Position numbers and translations under genes: made by a program. A stretch of 64,000 nt of DNA from a virus, in the IMG/VR virus record IMGVR_UViG_3300009431_000004; one strand, given 5' to 3'. Under the pieces are notes generated by a model. The model made no database searches. It was not told the DNA's origin and was given only the letters and a program-made list of their open reading frames with translations. Below, one piece after another: positions 1 to 8,531 of the stretch (position 1 is its first letter; each line of letters starts with the position of its first letter).

Positions 1-26
1 CCCGCATAGGAGGGCAACTGAGGCTA

Positions 27-290
27 CTAGAAATTGACTATCACGTTGACCTGCACATCACTGGGCTGGGTGGCCTTGTCGAGCCAGTTTTCGAGTGTCC
101 CTTTGTAGACCGACATCATCTCGGCAGCGTCTTCGAGAGTCCCGCCTGCGGCCCACACATCCGACAGAAACTCGACGGCCTCCAATCGGAGTGACTCGGC
201 GGGGTAGTGGCAGCGCCGACGACGGCTGCGACTCTCTCGGGCGACCTTCCGCATCCGCAGGAGAAATCCAAGGTACTTGCTTTCGTTCAT
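27..290 (-). CDS. small helix-turn-helix protein (transposase-HTH-like fold)
   Basis: YP-x-LR-x-EAV...TLEDAAEMMSVYKGTLENW HTH pattern; GGAGG RBS upstream; no transposase catalytic gene nearby. Confidence 0.6.
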   Translation of the reverse strand: MNESKYLGFLLRMRKVARESRSRRRRCHYPAESLRLEAVEFLSDVWAAGGTLEDAAEMMSVYKGTLENWLDKATQPSDVQVNVIVNF

Positions 291-322
291 GTGTCCTCCT
301 CTCGTCTCGACCTATATGGGAC

Positions 323-339
323 AGCAAGCTCCGTGCCAA
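323..339 (-). promoter_or_regulatory. sigma-54 (-24/-12) promoter
   Basis: Minus strand TTGGCACGGAGCTTGCT matches YTGGCACG-N4-TTGCW exactly, about 33 nt upstream of the HTH gene. Confidence 0.7.
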
Positions 340-490
340 GCTCACCCCCTTCTATAAGTAGTCGGAATCAGTGACATCCGATAAGTAGACGCGGGCCGTT
401 GCAATCGTTTTCGTACACACCTATTATTCCTTCCGTCACACGAAAGTACACAGGGGTCTGGCCGGTTTTCAGGACGGCGAATGCCGTTTT

Positions 491-1066
491 TCAGGCGGCA
501 AGTGCCGCCGCCCGCCGAAGGCGCTCGACGGAATCCTTGGCGATTTCCTTGCCGTGGGAGGACCTGCCCTGTCGTTGCAGGTACGAGGGGTGGTAGAGGG
601 GGATGACCGGGATGTCGAGGTCGCCGTGCTGGTAGCGTGGGTCTTCGAGCTTCACCAGCTCGCCCATGGTCGTGAAGACCAAGGACATTCGACAGCCTGC
701 GAACTTGCCGAGGGTCACGATGACCTTCGGGGCGAGGGCTGCCACCTGCTTGTGGAGGAACGGGACGCAGGCCGTCATCTGGATGGGTTCGGGGTCCGCG
801 TTACCCGGTGGCCTGCACTTGAGGATGTTCGTGATGTAGAGGTCCTCTCTGGACAGCCCGGCATGGTGCAGTAAGCGGTTGAAAATCTTGCCCGCCTGAC
901 CGACGAAAGGCTCACCTGCTGCGTCCTCATCCGCTCCGGGCGCTTCGCCCACGACCATGATGCGGGCGTCGTGGGGGCCGACCCCGAACACGAGATTCTG
1001 TCGGGTCTGGTGGAGGGGACACCGGGCGCAGTCCCCCAGCTCCGCCCTGACTTCGGCCAGCGTCAC
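491..1066 (-). CDS. uracil-DNA glycosylase, family 4 (Fe-S)
   Basis: CARCPL, GEAPG, KCRPPGN and HPSY motifs. Confidence 0.93.
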   Translation of the reverse strand: MTLAEVRAELGDCARCPLHQTRQNLVFGVGPHDARIMVVGEAPGADEDAAGEPFVGQAGKIFNRLLHHAGLSREDLYITNILKCRPPGNADPEPIQMTACVPFLHKQVAALAPKVIVTLGKFAGCRMSLVFTTMGELVKLEDPRYQHGDLDIPVIPLYHPSYLQRQGRSSHGKEIAKDSVERLRRAAALAA

Positions 1067-1728
1067 TCGTACACCTTCTGCCTGATATTCCCGTCGAGGC
1101 CAATGAGCGAGGGGCCGACACGAGCCGTCTCAGGCTTCCGTGGCGAGACGGTCCCATCGACACCCACGAGCTGCACCTCGGAATTCTCGTTGAGCATGTC
1201 CCGCGCTCCTTCTTCGGACAGCTCCATGATGAACTCGTCCTCCTCGGCGTACCCGAGAAAGTGGTTGTCGTGGGTGCGCCGGATGGTACGTATCATGGCG
1301 AAGGGGCCTTTGGCGCGTCGAACAGTCCGTCCCTTCCACTCGTCGTCCCGATAGCACACACCCCTGAAACCCACCCGGCCTACGACCCCGGTGCCGTGAG
1401 CCAGATACATCTTCGCCCGGTCGAATTGCACGAACTCCCCGTTCTGCTCAGTCCAAGGGATTTGGAAAAGGTCGGCGGTGTATTTCATGATGAGTCTGGC
1501 CAGCCGTTCCGTCTCGTTACGGACGGAAGCCGACAGTAAAACTTCCGTGCCGGTAGCGAGAGTCATGGCCGCCCGGACGCACATCCACGTCGAGGCCCCG
1601 ATTTGACGGATGGAAGAAGCAAGCAGGTCGGGGCCAGCGTGCGCCATCAGGTTTTCTTTCACCCGCTGCGCGATGTACTCGTCGAGCGGGGTCAGACCGA
1701 GGTTCTGATAGGCTTCGTCCAGCGTCAT
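1063..1728 (-). CDS. hypothetical protein
   Basis: Start moved to MTLDEAY; stop overlaps UDG start; GC3-rich codons. Confidence 0.7.
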   Translation of the reverse strand: MTLDEAYQNLGLTPLDEYIAQRVKENLMAHAGPDLLASSIRQIGASTWMCVRAAMTLATGTEVLLSASVRNETERLARLIMKYTADLFQIPWTEQNGEFVQFDRAKMYLAHGTGVVGRVGFRGVCYRDDEWKGRTVRRAKGPFAMIRTIRRTHDNHFLGYAEEDEFIMELSEEGARDMLNENSEVQLVGVDGTVSPRKPETARVGPSLIGLDGNIRQKVYE

Positions 1729-1760
1729 GCCTTGTCTACCCCAATGAGGGGCTGACGAGG

Positions 1761-1979
1761 CTACTCGGGAACCTCGTCGAACTCGCTGTACCAGTAGGGG
1801 GCCAAGGTGTCGTCGTCGTGACGAATCCACCACTGCCCCCGCATCTGCATCTCCTTCTCGACCGTACCGAGAGCCTCCCGGCGGTTGTGCAACAGGTCGG
1901 GCCGGGCGAGAATTCTGTGCCTCTGCCGCAGGTCACGGGTCTGCACCCGCAGCCCCGGCATAATCTCGGTGATGTTCAA
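1761..1979 (-). CDS. hypothetical protein
   Basis: TTG start after GGAGAAAGGGG, overlapping the upstream stop. Confidence 0.55.
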   Translation of the reverse strand: MNITEIMPGLRVQTRDLRQRHRILARPDLLHNRREALGTVEKEMQMRGQWWIRHDDDTLAPYWYSEFDEVPE

Positions 1980-2209
1980 AGCAGCCCCTTTCTCCATGCC
2001 GACCGGCTGGCGTAGACGCCTGTGGGAGCAGCAATCAGGCCACCGACGACGAGAACGAAAGGCGGTCCCCATCCGTCTCGTCCGAGCCAGTAGCTCCCGA
2101 GGGTGAGCCAAAGCAGCCCGCCAATCAGGAGCGCCCAACGCCCGAGGGTGCAATCGAACTCGTCAGGGGTCAGGCTCAGGTAGAGCCGCAGTTTGAGGTT
2201 GGTCAGCAT
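1976..2209 (-). CDS. small membrane protein
   Basis: Two hydrophobic segments; start MLTNLK. Confidence 0.55.
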   Translation of the reverse strand: MLTNLKLRLYLSLTPDEFDCTLGRWALLIGGLLWLTLGSYWLGRDGWGPPFVLVVGGLIAAPTGVYASRSAWRKGLL

Positions 2210-2217
2210 GTCGCTCC

Positions 2218-2622
2218 CTAGCGGAAGTGGTAGCCCCTTGCGGTCTTCGAGTCGAGCCACGGAGCCAGCGCCGGGTTGTCCTCCGGGTACGCATTGGAGA
2301 GGGTGGGGTGCCAGTCGGGGTTGTCCCGAATGTAGGCAGGGGCCACCCACACGGCGTTGTGATTCCCGGCGATGGCCTCCTCGCAGCGGGGGTCCAAGGC
2401 AGGGACTTCAATCCAGCTCGTCTCGGCGGTCGAGCAGCCGACCACTTCCTCGGTGCCGGAGTCGTACATGACGTTGGGCATGTCCGCGTGCAAGGTCATC
2501 AGCCCCGCAATCACAAAGACGGCCAGAGCCACCCCGAAGATGCCGACCACCCAACGGGTCACGGTCCGCATCCGGGTATGGAGTCGCTTGCCGGGTCCGG
2601 GAAGTGTGTCTTTCAGACTCAT
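2218..2622 (-). CDS. membrane-anchored hypothetical protein
   Basis: Single TM segment; GGAGG RBS; class-I motif upstream. Confidence 0.7.
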   Translation of the reverse strand: MSLKDTLPGPGKRLHTRMRTVTRWVVGIFGVALAVFVIAGLMTLHADMPNVMYDSGTEEVVGCSTAETSWIEVPALDPRCEEAIAGNHNAVWVAPAYIRDNPDWHPTLSNAYPEDNPALAPWLDSKTARGYHFR

Positions 2623-2649
2623 CGCGTTTCCTCCGTCTTCCAGTTTACC

Positions 2650-2678
2650 CTACTCGTCAGGCGGCCTCCCTAAGCCCC
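2650..2678 (-). promoter_or_regulatory. class-I phage promoter-like motif (14-nt spacer variant)
   Basis: GGGGCTTAG-N14-GAGTAG. Confidence 0.7.
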
Positions 2679-2852
2679 CCTCGGAGCGAGGAATGCGCGG
2701 AGGGCGGCGCGACGAGTCTCCTCGCGGAGACGAGCGCGGGCGCGGCGGCGGAGAGCCTTGCGGTCCTTGCCGGGAGCCGGTCCGCAGCAGTGACAGCTCA
2801 TGCCACCGTGGCCGACATCCTTGCGGGTCTTGGTCTTGAAAGCGTCGCGCAT
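2670..2852 (-). CDS. small Arg-rich protein (paralogue of 2976..3158)
   Basis: MRDAFKTKTRKDVGH...CHCC...RRRARARLR; GAGGAG RBS. Confidence 0.7.
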   Translation of the reverse strand: MRDAFKTKTRKDVGHGGMSCHCCGPAPGKDRKALRRRARARLREETRRAALRAFLAPRGA

Positions 2853-2880
2853 CTTCTTCTCCTCATGCCTCCTGAAGTCT

Positions 2881-2908
2881 CAACTCGTGGGAGTCGCTTC
2901 TAAGCCCC
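2881..2908 (-). promoter_or_regulatory. class-I promoter-like motif
   Basis: GGGGCTTAG-N13-GAGTTG. Confidence 0.8.
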
Positions 2909-2929
2909 TCTATAGAAATAAAAAGAAAG

Positions 2930-2957
2930 GGGGCTTAGAGTCACGCCCCCGGAGTAG
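2930..2957 (+). promoter_or_regulatory. class-I promoter-like motif
   Basis: GGGGCTTAG-N13-GAGTAG, back-to-back with 2881..2908 across an A-rich spacer. Confidence 0.8.
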
Positions 2958-2975
2958 AGGTGGTGGAGGTGACAG

Positions 2976-3158
2976 ATGCGGGACGAATTCAAAAGCAGGA
3001 CTCGCCGGGACATTGGCCACTTCGGCCAACGGTGGCTGGGCGGACCGGCTCTACGGAGCCGCAAAAACAGCGACCGCATCCGTCGCCGCGCCCGGAACAG
3101 ACTCCGGGCCGCCACCCGTCGGGAATTCCGGGCCGTGGGGGAACGATGCCAAAACTGA
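2976..3158 (+). CDS. small Arg-rich protein (paralogue of 2670..2852)
   Basis: MRDEFKSRTRRDIGH...RRRARNRLR; GGAGGTG RBS. Confidence 0.7.
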   Translation: MRDEFKSRTRRDIGHFGQRWLGGPALRSRKNSDRIRRRARNRLRAATRREFRAVGERCQN

Positions 3159-3382
3159 AGGCCATCACGTACCGCTACCGGGGGATGATTGAGAGAGCGC
3201 GTGGCGGTGTCTTCCGCTGGCGCGTTGGCTACTCGGAGGATTCCCCGGAGGGAAGACCTTACTACCCGTGGATGACCGTGGCCGAGTGCCGTGACGATGC
3301 GAAGGCGCAGGGAGGCCGGGCGGTCTTCGATAGAGACTGTGACCCGGTTGGGGCCAAGGAGTCGAGGAGGCAATATGGGTGA
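3146..3382 (+). CDS. hypothetical protein
   Basis: Start MPKLKA, overlapping both neighbours. Confidence 0.6.
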   Translation: MPKLKAITYRYRGMIERARGGVFRWRVGYSEDSPEGRPYYPWMTVAECRDDAKAQGGRAVFDRDCDPVGAKESRRQYG

Positions 3383-3719
3383 GCGCATGTTCGAGGACCG
3401 CAAGCCGGAGGCAGCCGCCCGTCAACTGTCCGTCGTGCTGGCATGGCTCGTCGAGTGCGAGCTGGCCACCTACGCGGGGCTGCTGATGCTCAAGCGTCCG
3501 GGCGCGGGCAACCTGCGACGGCACCGGGACATCTGTGCGAAGGCCGTGTTCCACGCCTTCGACCTGCGGGTCGAGCCGAAGGGACTGTTGGGCCGCGAAT
3601 GCCCCCGGCTTAGTCGTCTGCTGGACGACTTGAACGCGATGATTCTCCCGAGCGGGCGCATGGAGTCGCTCGGAGTGGTCGGGGCCGTCCTCGACCGCCA
3701 CCACAGGAGAGACACATGA
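3375..3719 (+). CDS. hypothetical protein
   Basis: GAGGAGG RBS; ATGA overlap with the next gene. Confidence 0.7.
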   Translation: MGERMFEDRKPEAAARQLSVVLAWLVECELATYAGLLMLKRPGAGNLRRHRDICAKAVFHAFDLRVEPKGLLGRECPRLSRLLDDLNAMILPSGRMESLGVVGAVLDRHHRRDT

Positions 3720-4309
3720 CCGAAAACACCAAGCTCGACGTGGGGTTCAACAAGTTCGTGAGGCGTCAGACGCCCGACTCGAAGTTCTCCCACTGGACGT
3801 TCAGCGACGAAGAGATGCTGAAGCGCATCCACGACGCATGGGTCCAGCGGACGCCGGGTTACAGGCCCGACGTGGTGTTGGTGCCGGTGGACCCGACCGG
3901 GTTCTTCACGGGCGTCGTGGTCCTGAACGAGGGGGACAACCTGCGTGGCTCCTTCATGCCGCGTCAGAAGGGTGAGGCCCCGCGCAAGACCTTCTGCCTC
4001 GACACGAGGGACCGTGACGGCAAAGCGGGCAGCCCCCGGCACCGCAAGGCTCCCGCCGTGAGCGTGGAAATCGTGCTGTACTCGCGGGAGGCACTGGCCG
4101 AGGACGGCGAGACTGCCGAGTTCGACTGGAACATCATCAGCGTGAACGCCAACCCGGTCGAGGGCAAGATGCCCATCGAGCCTTTCACCCTGATGTCCAA
4201 CCACTTCCACGACTCCGGTGGGACACAGACGGGCATGACCAACGACGAGTTCGTGGAGGCTCTCCGCGACGCCTACTTCTTTTGGAAGGACAAGACATTC
4301 ATCGGGTAG
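3716..4309 (+). CDS. DUF3228-like protein
   Basis: IVLYSREAL...WNIISVN...PIEPFTLMSN...SGGT pattern recalled from this family. Confidence 0.6.
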   Translation: MTENTKLDVGFNKFVRRQTPDSKFSHWTFSDEEMLKRIHDAWVQRTPGYRPDVVLVPVDPTGFFTGVVVLNEGDNLRGSFMPRQKGEAPRKTFCLDTRDRDGKAGSPRHRKAPAVSVEIVLYSREALAEDGETAEFDWNIISVNANPVEGKMPIEPFTLMSNHFHDSGGTQTGMTNDEFVEALRDAYFFWKDKTFIG

Positions 4310-4335
4310 GCCCACACCACACAGCATTAGGGTAG

Positions 4336-4554
4336 AGTGGGAAGTGTCCTGTTCTTGAGGTGCCTCTTGTGCCAAACGCAGGGGGAAACACAGCGAGTCC
4401 TTACAGTCCTTCACTAGACCGTTTTGACCTTTCAAAGGGGTACATTGTGGGAAATGTTGCAGTGGTCAGCCATCGAGCAAACGGCCTCAAAAGGGATGCT
4501 TCACTTTTAGAAATGGAGGCCCTCCTGCTGTATATGGAGAAAAAACTACAATGA
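4336..4554 (+). pseudogene. C-terminal remnant of an HNH-type endonuclease
   Basis: KCPVL...SPSLDRFDLSKGYIVGNVAVVSHRANGLK; AT-richer; in-frame stop just upstream; same family as 21967..22542. Confidence 0.75.
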
Positions 4555-5174
4555 AATCGAGAGGTTCATACGTTGTGGTAGAGGGAGGAGATGGGTCGGG
4601 CAAGGACACCCAAGCGGACCTCCTCTGTGGCTGGTTCCGGTCGAAGGGGCTTGACCCTCTCCGCTTGAACGAACCCGACGACACGCTCCCCACCGGGAAA
4701 CTCATGCGGCAGATGCTCAAGGACGGCAGCTACGTCAAGGCCCATGCCGTGATGTTCCTCGCGGACCGGATGGCCATGCTCCCCGAGCGCGTCACCCCGG
4801 CCCGAGATTCTGGAAGACCTGTCGTGTGCTGTCGGTCATTCCTCTCAACGCTGGTGTACCAGCAGGAGAACTGGCCCCTCGACTGGCTGTTCGCCATCCA
4901 CAAGCAGCTCCCCGAGAAGCCGACCCACCTCGTCATTCTCGACGTGCCGCCCGAGGTCGGGATGGCCCGAGTCGGAAAGCGCGTGGGCCACACCGAGTAT
5001 TACGAGAAGGTGGGAGTCCAGAAGCGTGTCCGGGAGCGTTACCGAGAGCTGGCCAGCAAGGACCCACGACTCGAAGACATGATGGAGCCACGCCACGTCA
5101 TTGCGACCCTCGACGGTAGTCGGCCCATCGCGGACGTGCAGAGGGACATTCGCATGATGTGGAGTTCACTGTGA
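4551..5174 (+). CDS. tmk: thymidylate kinase
   Basis: EGGDGSGKDTQ P-loop, EP, FLADR, STLVYQ. Confidence 0.92.
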   Translation: MKSRGSYVVVEGGDGSGKDTQADLLCGWFRSKGLDPLRLNEPDDTLPTGKLMRQMLKDGSYVKAHAVMFLADRMAMLPERVTPARDSGRPVVCCRSFLSTLVYQQENWPLDWLFAIHKQLPEKPTHLVILDVPPEVGMARVGKRVGHTEYYEKVGVQKRVRERYRELASKDPRLEDMMEPRHVIATLDGSRPIADVQRDIRMMWSSL

Positions 5175-5674
5175 GCAAGAAGAACGACCCGAAGCGCATG
5201 AAGCGGAAACAGAAGAAAGCCCTCAAACGGACACGCCGCACCAAAGCCCGTACCCCGAAGGCCCCGGTGTCCCGGAAGGCACCGACCGTCAACTGGCCCG
5301 CCGACGAGTTTCTGTTCTGGGTCGCGCACGGGGCCAACTACATCCTGAGCGACTACGCCAACGGGACATGGCAACCGCTATTCGAGAACATCTACGAGGG
5401 CGGGGCACCCCCTTCGCTGAACAAGATGCAGTCCGCCATCATGGCCAAGTTCGGGCCGGACAACGGTGACTGGCCCCCAGAAGGCAGGGCCGTCCTCGCG
5501 TGGACCGTCCAGACCGTTCAGGCGGTCTACACCTTCTATCAGGACTCCAAGAGGCGGGCCGAAGGTCACGACCCCGAGGGCGACATCGAAGCCCTCGTGC
5601 GTCAGCCCCACTACAGCCCGGTGTGGGAGGCGTTCGACTTCCTCAAGCAGCAACTCGCCGCGAGGAGCGCATGA
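5171..5674 (+). CDS. hypothetical protein with basic N-terminus
   Basis: GTGA overlap with the tmk stop. Confidence 0.7.
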   Translation: MSKKNDPKRMKRKQKKALKRTRRTKARTPKAPVSRKAPTVNWPADEFLFWVAHGANYILSDYANGTWQPLFENIYEGGAPPSLNKMQSAIMAKFGPDNGDWPPEGRAVLAWTVQTVQAVYTFYQDSKRRAEGHDPEGDIEALVRQPHYSPVWEAFDFLKQQLAARSA

Positions 5675-6561
5675 GTGGACCGATGCCCGAAGAACTCCAA
5701 CCCGTTCAGCCGGTGGTGGAACCGGCATTGCGGTGGCCACAAGTTCGTGCCGGACCCCGGCAAGAGGCCGACGGAATCTTTCGGGAAAAGCTGTGGGACA
5801 GCCCCGTATCACTGTGCGAAGTGCGGATACGAAGTGGATGCGGTTATCACGCCGTTCGGCATCGACCGTTACCTGCCTCCGAAGCCGCCCCCGGACCTCG
5901 TGGGAGAAGGGCAGGGACGAGAGCTTGAGAAGGTCTGCTTCTTCGGGGGTCGTAACTCGACGGAGCTGTACCAGAGGTTCCTCGATTTGGTGGGAAGACC
6001 CATGAACGAAGCAGCGACAACCCTTCGGGCCATGCGTGAGGCAGCCAAGACCATCGAGAGGGCCGCGACCCCGGTGACGGGCAACGTGGCCCTGACCACC
6101 GACACGGTAGACCGGGCGTCGGCGCTCGTTGACAGGCTGCTGGAAGGTTCGGCAGGCCGGGACATCCCGGTAGGCACCGTGGATGTCGTGCGATTCGCCC
6201 TGAAGCAAGCACGGGACACCGACCTCACGGTCACGAAGCGCCGCTGGCACCTCGCCAATGCGGCAAGCGAGATTGCCTTCTGGGAGGACATAAGCCCACT
6301 ACAGGCCCAACGCGGATGTCGTTGCTCTGCTGGACGACTTCAAGGAACTCGAAGACTTGGTGAAGAAGATACGCCGGACGGCTGAGAGCCGAGTCTCCGA
6401 GTCCCGAGAGAGTTCTCGACGAGATTGCCGAAATCCTCGACGGCAAGAAGCCAAAACCCCCGGTCCCGGAACACTCCGTTGGCACGGCACGGGGCGGACG
6501 GGTCAATCGGATGCCCGTGGAAGGCACCGAGTCCGAGAACGACGACCCCGGCTGCGACTAG
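5671..6561 (+). CDS. hypothetical gene(s) with apparent single-base frameshifts
   Basis: Coding-like GC3 frame switches near 5677, 6293 and 6387. Confidence 0.4.
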
Positions 6562-6569
6562 GAGGAGCC

Positions 6570-6990
6570 ATGAACCTTGACGAAGCCATCACCCAAGCGG
6601 AAGAAGCCGCTGCACGGAGCGAGGCGGACAACGGGCCGTCCGACGACGACACCGTGGGGTATCGCCAGCTCGCCGCGAGGCTCAAAGAGCTGAAGGAGTA
6701 CCGGGCGAGGTACGGGAAAGGCATCACGCAGGACGAGATGGACGAGGCGCTGGCAGCCAACGAGGCCATCAACTTCGACGGCTTCGAGGACGCTGTGGTC
6801 GGCGTCGTCGAGCGGTTCAGCTCTGGTCCACTCATCCTCTACAACCGCGCCCGCTGCATCGAGATTCTGCGGGAGCAGTCCGAGATGAACCACGGCGAAG
6901 CTGAGGAATTCTTCGAGTTCAACTCCATCGGGTGCTGGGCCGGGGACGGGACGCCCTGCTTCCACCTTCCTCGAAGTCAAGGCACCCTGA
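6570..6990 (+). CDS. phage hypothetical protein (DGFEDAVVG...EEFFEFN...GTPCF type); 3' end uncertain
   Basis: GGAGGAG RBS; probable indel near 6963. Confidence 0.65.
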
Positions 6991-7090
6991 TGGACACCGT
7001 GACCATCATATTCCTGTTGGTCGTACAGTTGTGGATTCTTGGACCCTATCTGGCCGCATGGCTTCTCCGCCCATTGATAAAAGACGTGGA

Positions 7091-7118
7091 GGGGCTTAGA
7101 ACACCTCCTTCCGAGTAG
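7091..7118 (+). promoter_or_regulatory. class-I promoter-like motif
   Basis: GGGGCTTAG-N13-GAGTAG; its TAG is also an ORF stop. Confidence 0.8.
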
Positions 7119-7140
7119 AGAACATAGGAAGGAGGCAATC

Positions 7141-7458
7141 ATGGCACTCGGTATCCAAGTCGCGCACGCGAAGAACCCGACCTTCGGGTTCATGGACCTG
7201 CCGGACAGGCCCGCCCCGAAGTACCCTGATGACTTCATCATGGTGGCCATCGTAGAGGTGCCGCCGGGGACGGAGCCGGACCCGGACTTCGCGTTCCAAG
7301 CGACGAATCATATCGACGGCCACTGGTGGGACAACGAGTCCGTCACGCTCGTAGGTGAGCCGACGCATCGCTCGACCAGCGTCGGAGACGCTGTGGCCAT
7401 GCCGGACGGGCGTGTCCTGATGTGCGCCAACACAGGCTGGAAGGAGCTGAAATCATGA
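7141..7458 (+). CDS. YodL-like phage protein
   Basis: F-x-x-TN...HRSTSVGD motif. Confidence 0.6.
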   Translation: MALGIQVAHAKNPTFGFMDLPDRPAPKYPDDFIMVAIVEVPPGTEPDPDFAFQATNHIDGHWWDNESVTLVGEPTHRSTSVGDAVAMPDGRVLMCANTGWKELKS

Positions 7459-8081
7459 GTAAACCTTGGAAGGAAGAAGAACTGACGGCCATCCTGACCG
7501 AAGCGGACAGGCTGACCATCGCCACGACTCCCGACGCAGCCGGTGGCCCTCTCGTCGGGCGTATCCTGAGCGCCGCCGACAAGACATGGGACTTCGCCAA
7601 TACCTCGTGGCTCGGTGGTCTGCCCTTGTGGGTGGGGACCATCTTGGAGAGGCTGTCCGACGACTGCTTCACCCTCCCCCGTGTCACGCGGCCCCTCAAG
7701 CCCCTGACTTTCGAGGGACTCAAGGACAAGTTCTTGAGGGACGCGGACGACGCGCTCGGAGAACATCAGGATTGGTGGGAGCAAGACCCGGACGACTATC
7801 GTATCAACTTCCACCGGGACTTCGACGGCAAGCACCCGTGGGGCGACGAGAACGTGGCCGCGTGCAAGAAGTGGCTCGACACCGTGACCCCCTACAGCGT
7901 GTGGCGGATTGCCAACGCGGTGCAGGAGGCCGTCCATGTGGAGGTCGAAGACCACCTGCTCACGCTGTCCATGGACGGGTCCGGCAGCCACAAGCTCACG
8001 GACGCCGCCCAACGGACCTTCGACGAACAGGTCACGGCGCTCTGGGAGACACTCACCAAGGCAGAGCAGCCGACCGGCTGA
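7455..8081 (+). CDS. hypothetical protein
   Basis: AAGGAG RBS; ATGA overlap. Confidence 0.7.
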   Translation: MSKPWKEEELTAILTEADRLTIATTPDAAGGPLVGRILSAADKTWDFANTSWLGGLPLWVGTILERLSDDCFTLPRVTRPLKPLTFEGLKDKFLRDADDALGEHQDWWEQDPDDYRINFHRDFDGKHPWGDENVAACKKWLDTVTPYSVWRIANAVQEAVHVEVEDHLLTLSMDGSGSHKLTDAAQRTFDEQVTALWETLTKAEQPTG

Positions 8082-8099
8082 CACGCTGAACAGCAGCCT

Positions 8100-8531
8100 T
8101 CACGGCGTTCCTTCAAGTGGGTTCGGGAGGGCCACTACAGAAAGCCAGTAGTGGTGCAGTTCCTTCAGCACTTCCTTCATGGCCTCGAAGGTGACGGGCT
8201 TGAGGACATACGAGTTGGCCCCCTTCGAGTAGGCCGAGAATATGTCGGCCTCGGTCCGGGAGGTCGTCATTATCACCACGGGGATGTGGCGGAGCCGCTT
8301 CGAGGCGCGGATGGCTTGCAGGGCTTCGCTCCCATCCATCCGGGGCATCTTGAGGTCCAACATGACAAGGGAGGGCGTGGGTTTCGTGTCGTCTTCGAGA
8401 CGCGCCAGTAGCTCCTCCCCGTCCTCGACCCGTTCCACGGAACACTGGTCTTCACACTCCTTGAGGGTGTCTTCGACTAGAATCCAGTCCTCGTTGTCGT
8501 CTTCTGCAAAAATCAACAGGGGTACGGCCAT
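8100..8531 (-). CDS. single-domain response regulator (Rcp1/CheY-like)
   Basis: AEDD, MLDLKMPRMDG, MTTS, GANSYVLKP. Confidence 0.93.
   Translation of the reverse strand: MAVPLLIFAEDDNEDWILVEDTLKECEDQCSVERVEDGEELLARLEDDTKPTPSLVMLDLKMPRMDGSEALQAIRASKRLRHIPVVIMTTSRTEADIFSAYSKGANSYVLKPVTFEAMKEVLKELHHYWLSVVALPNPLEGTP

Noticed and set aside
27-290. IS element suggested by the transposase-like HTH
   Set aside because: No catalytic transposase, terminal repeats or target duplication are visible within the window.
2881-2957. Inverted repeats CTAAGCCCC...GGGGCTTAG read as terminators or IS/MITE ends (also at 13505 and 56615)
   Set aside because: The same motif occurs singly six times with a fixed-distance second box and always faces a gene start. 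Back-to-back promoters explain it better.
6285-6400. Programmed ribosomal frameshifting
   Set aside because: There is no slippery heptamer or stimulatory structure, and several indels cluster here, which favours error or decay.
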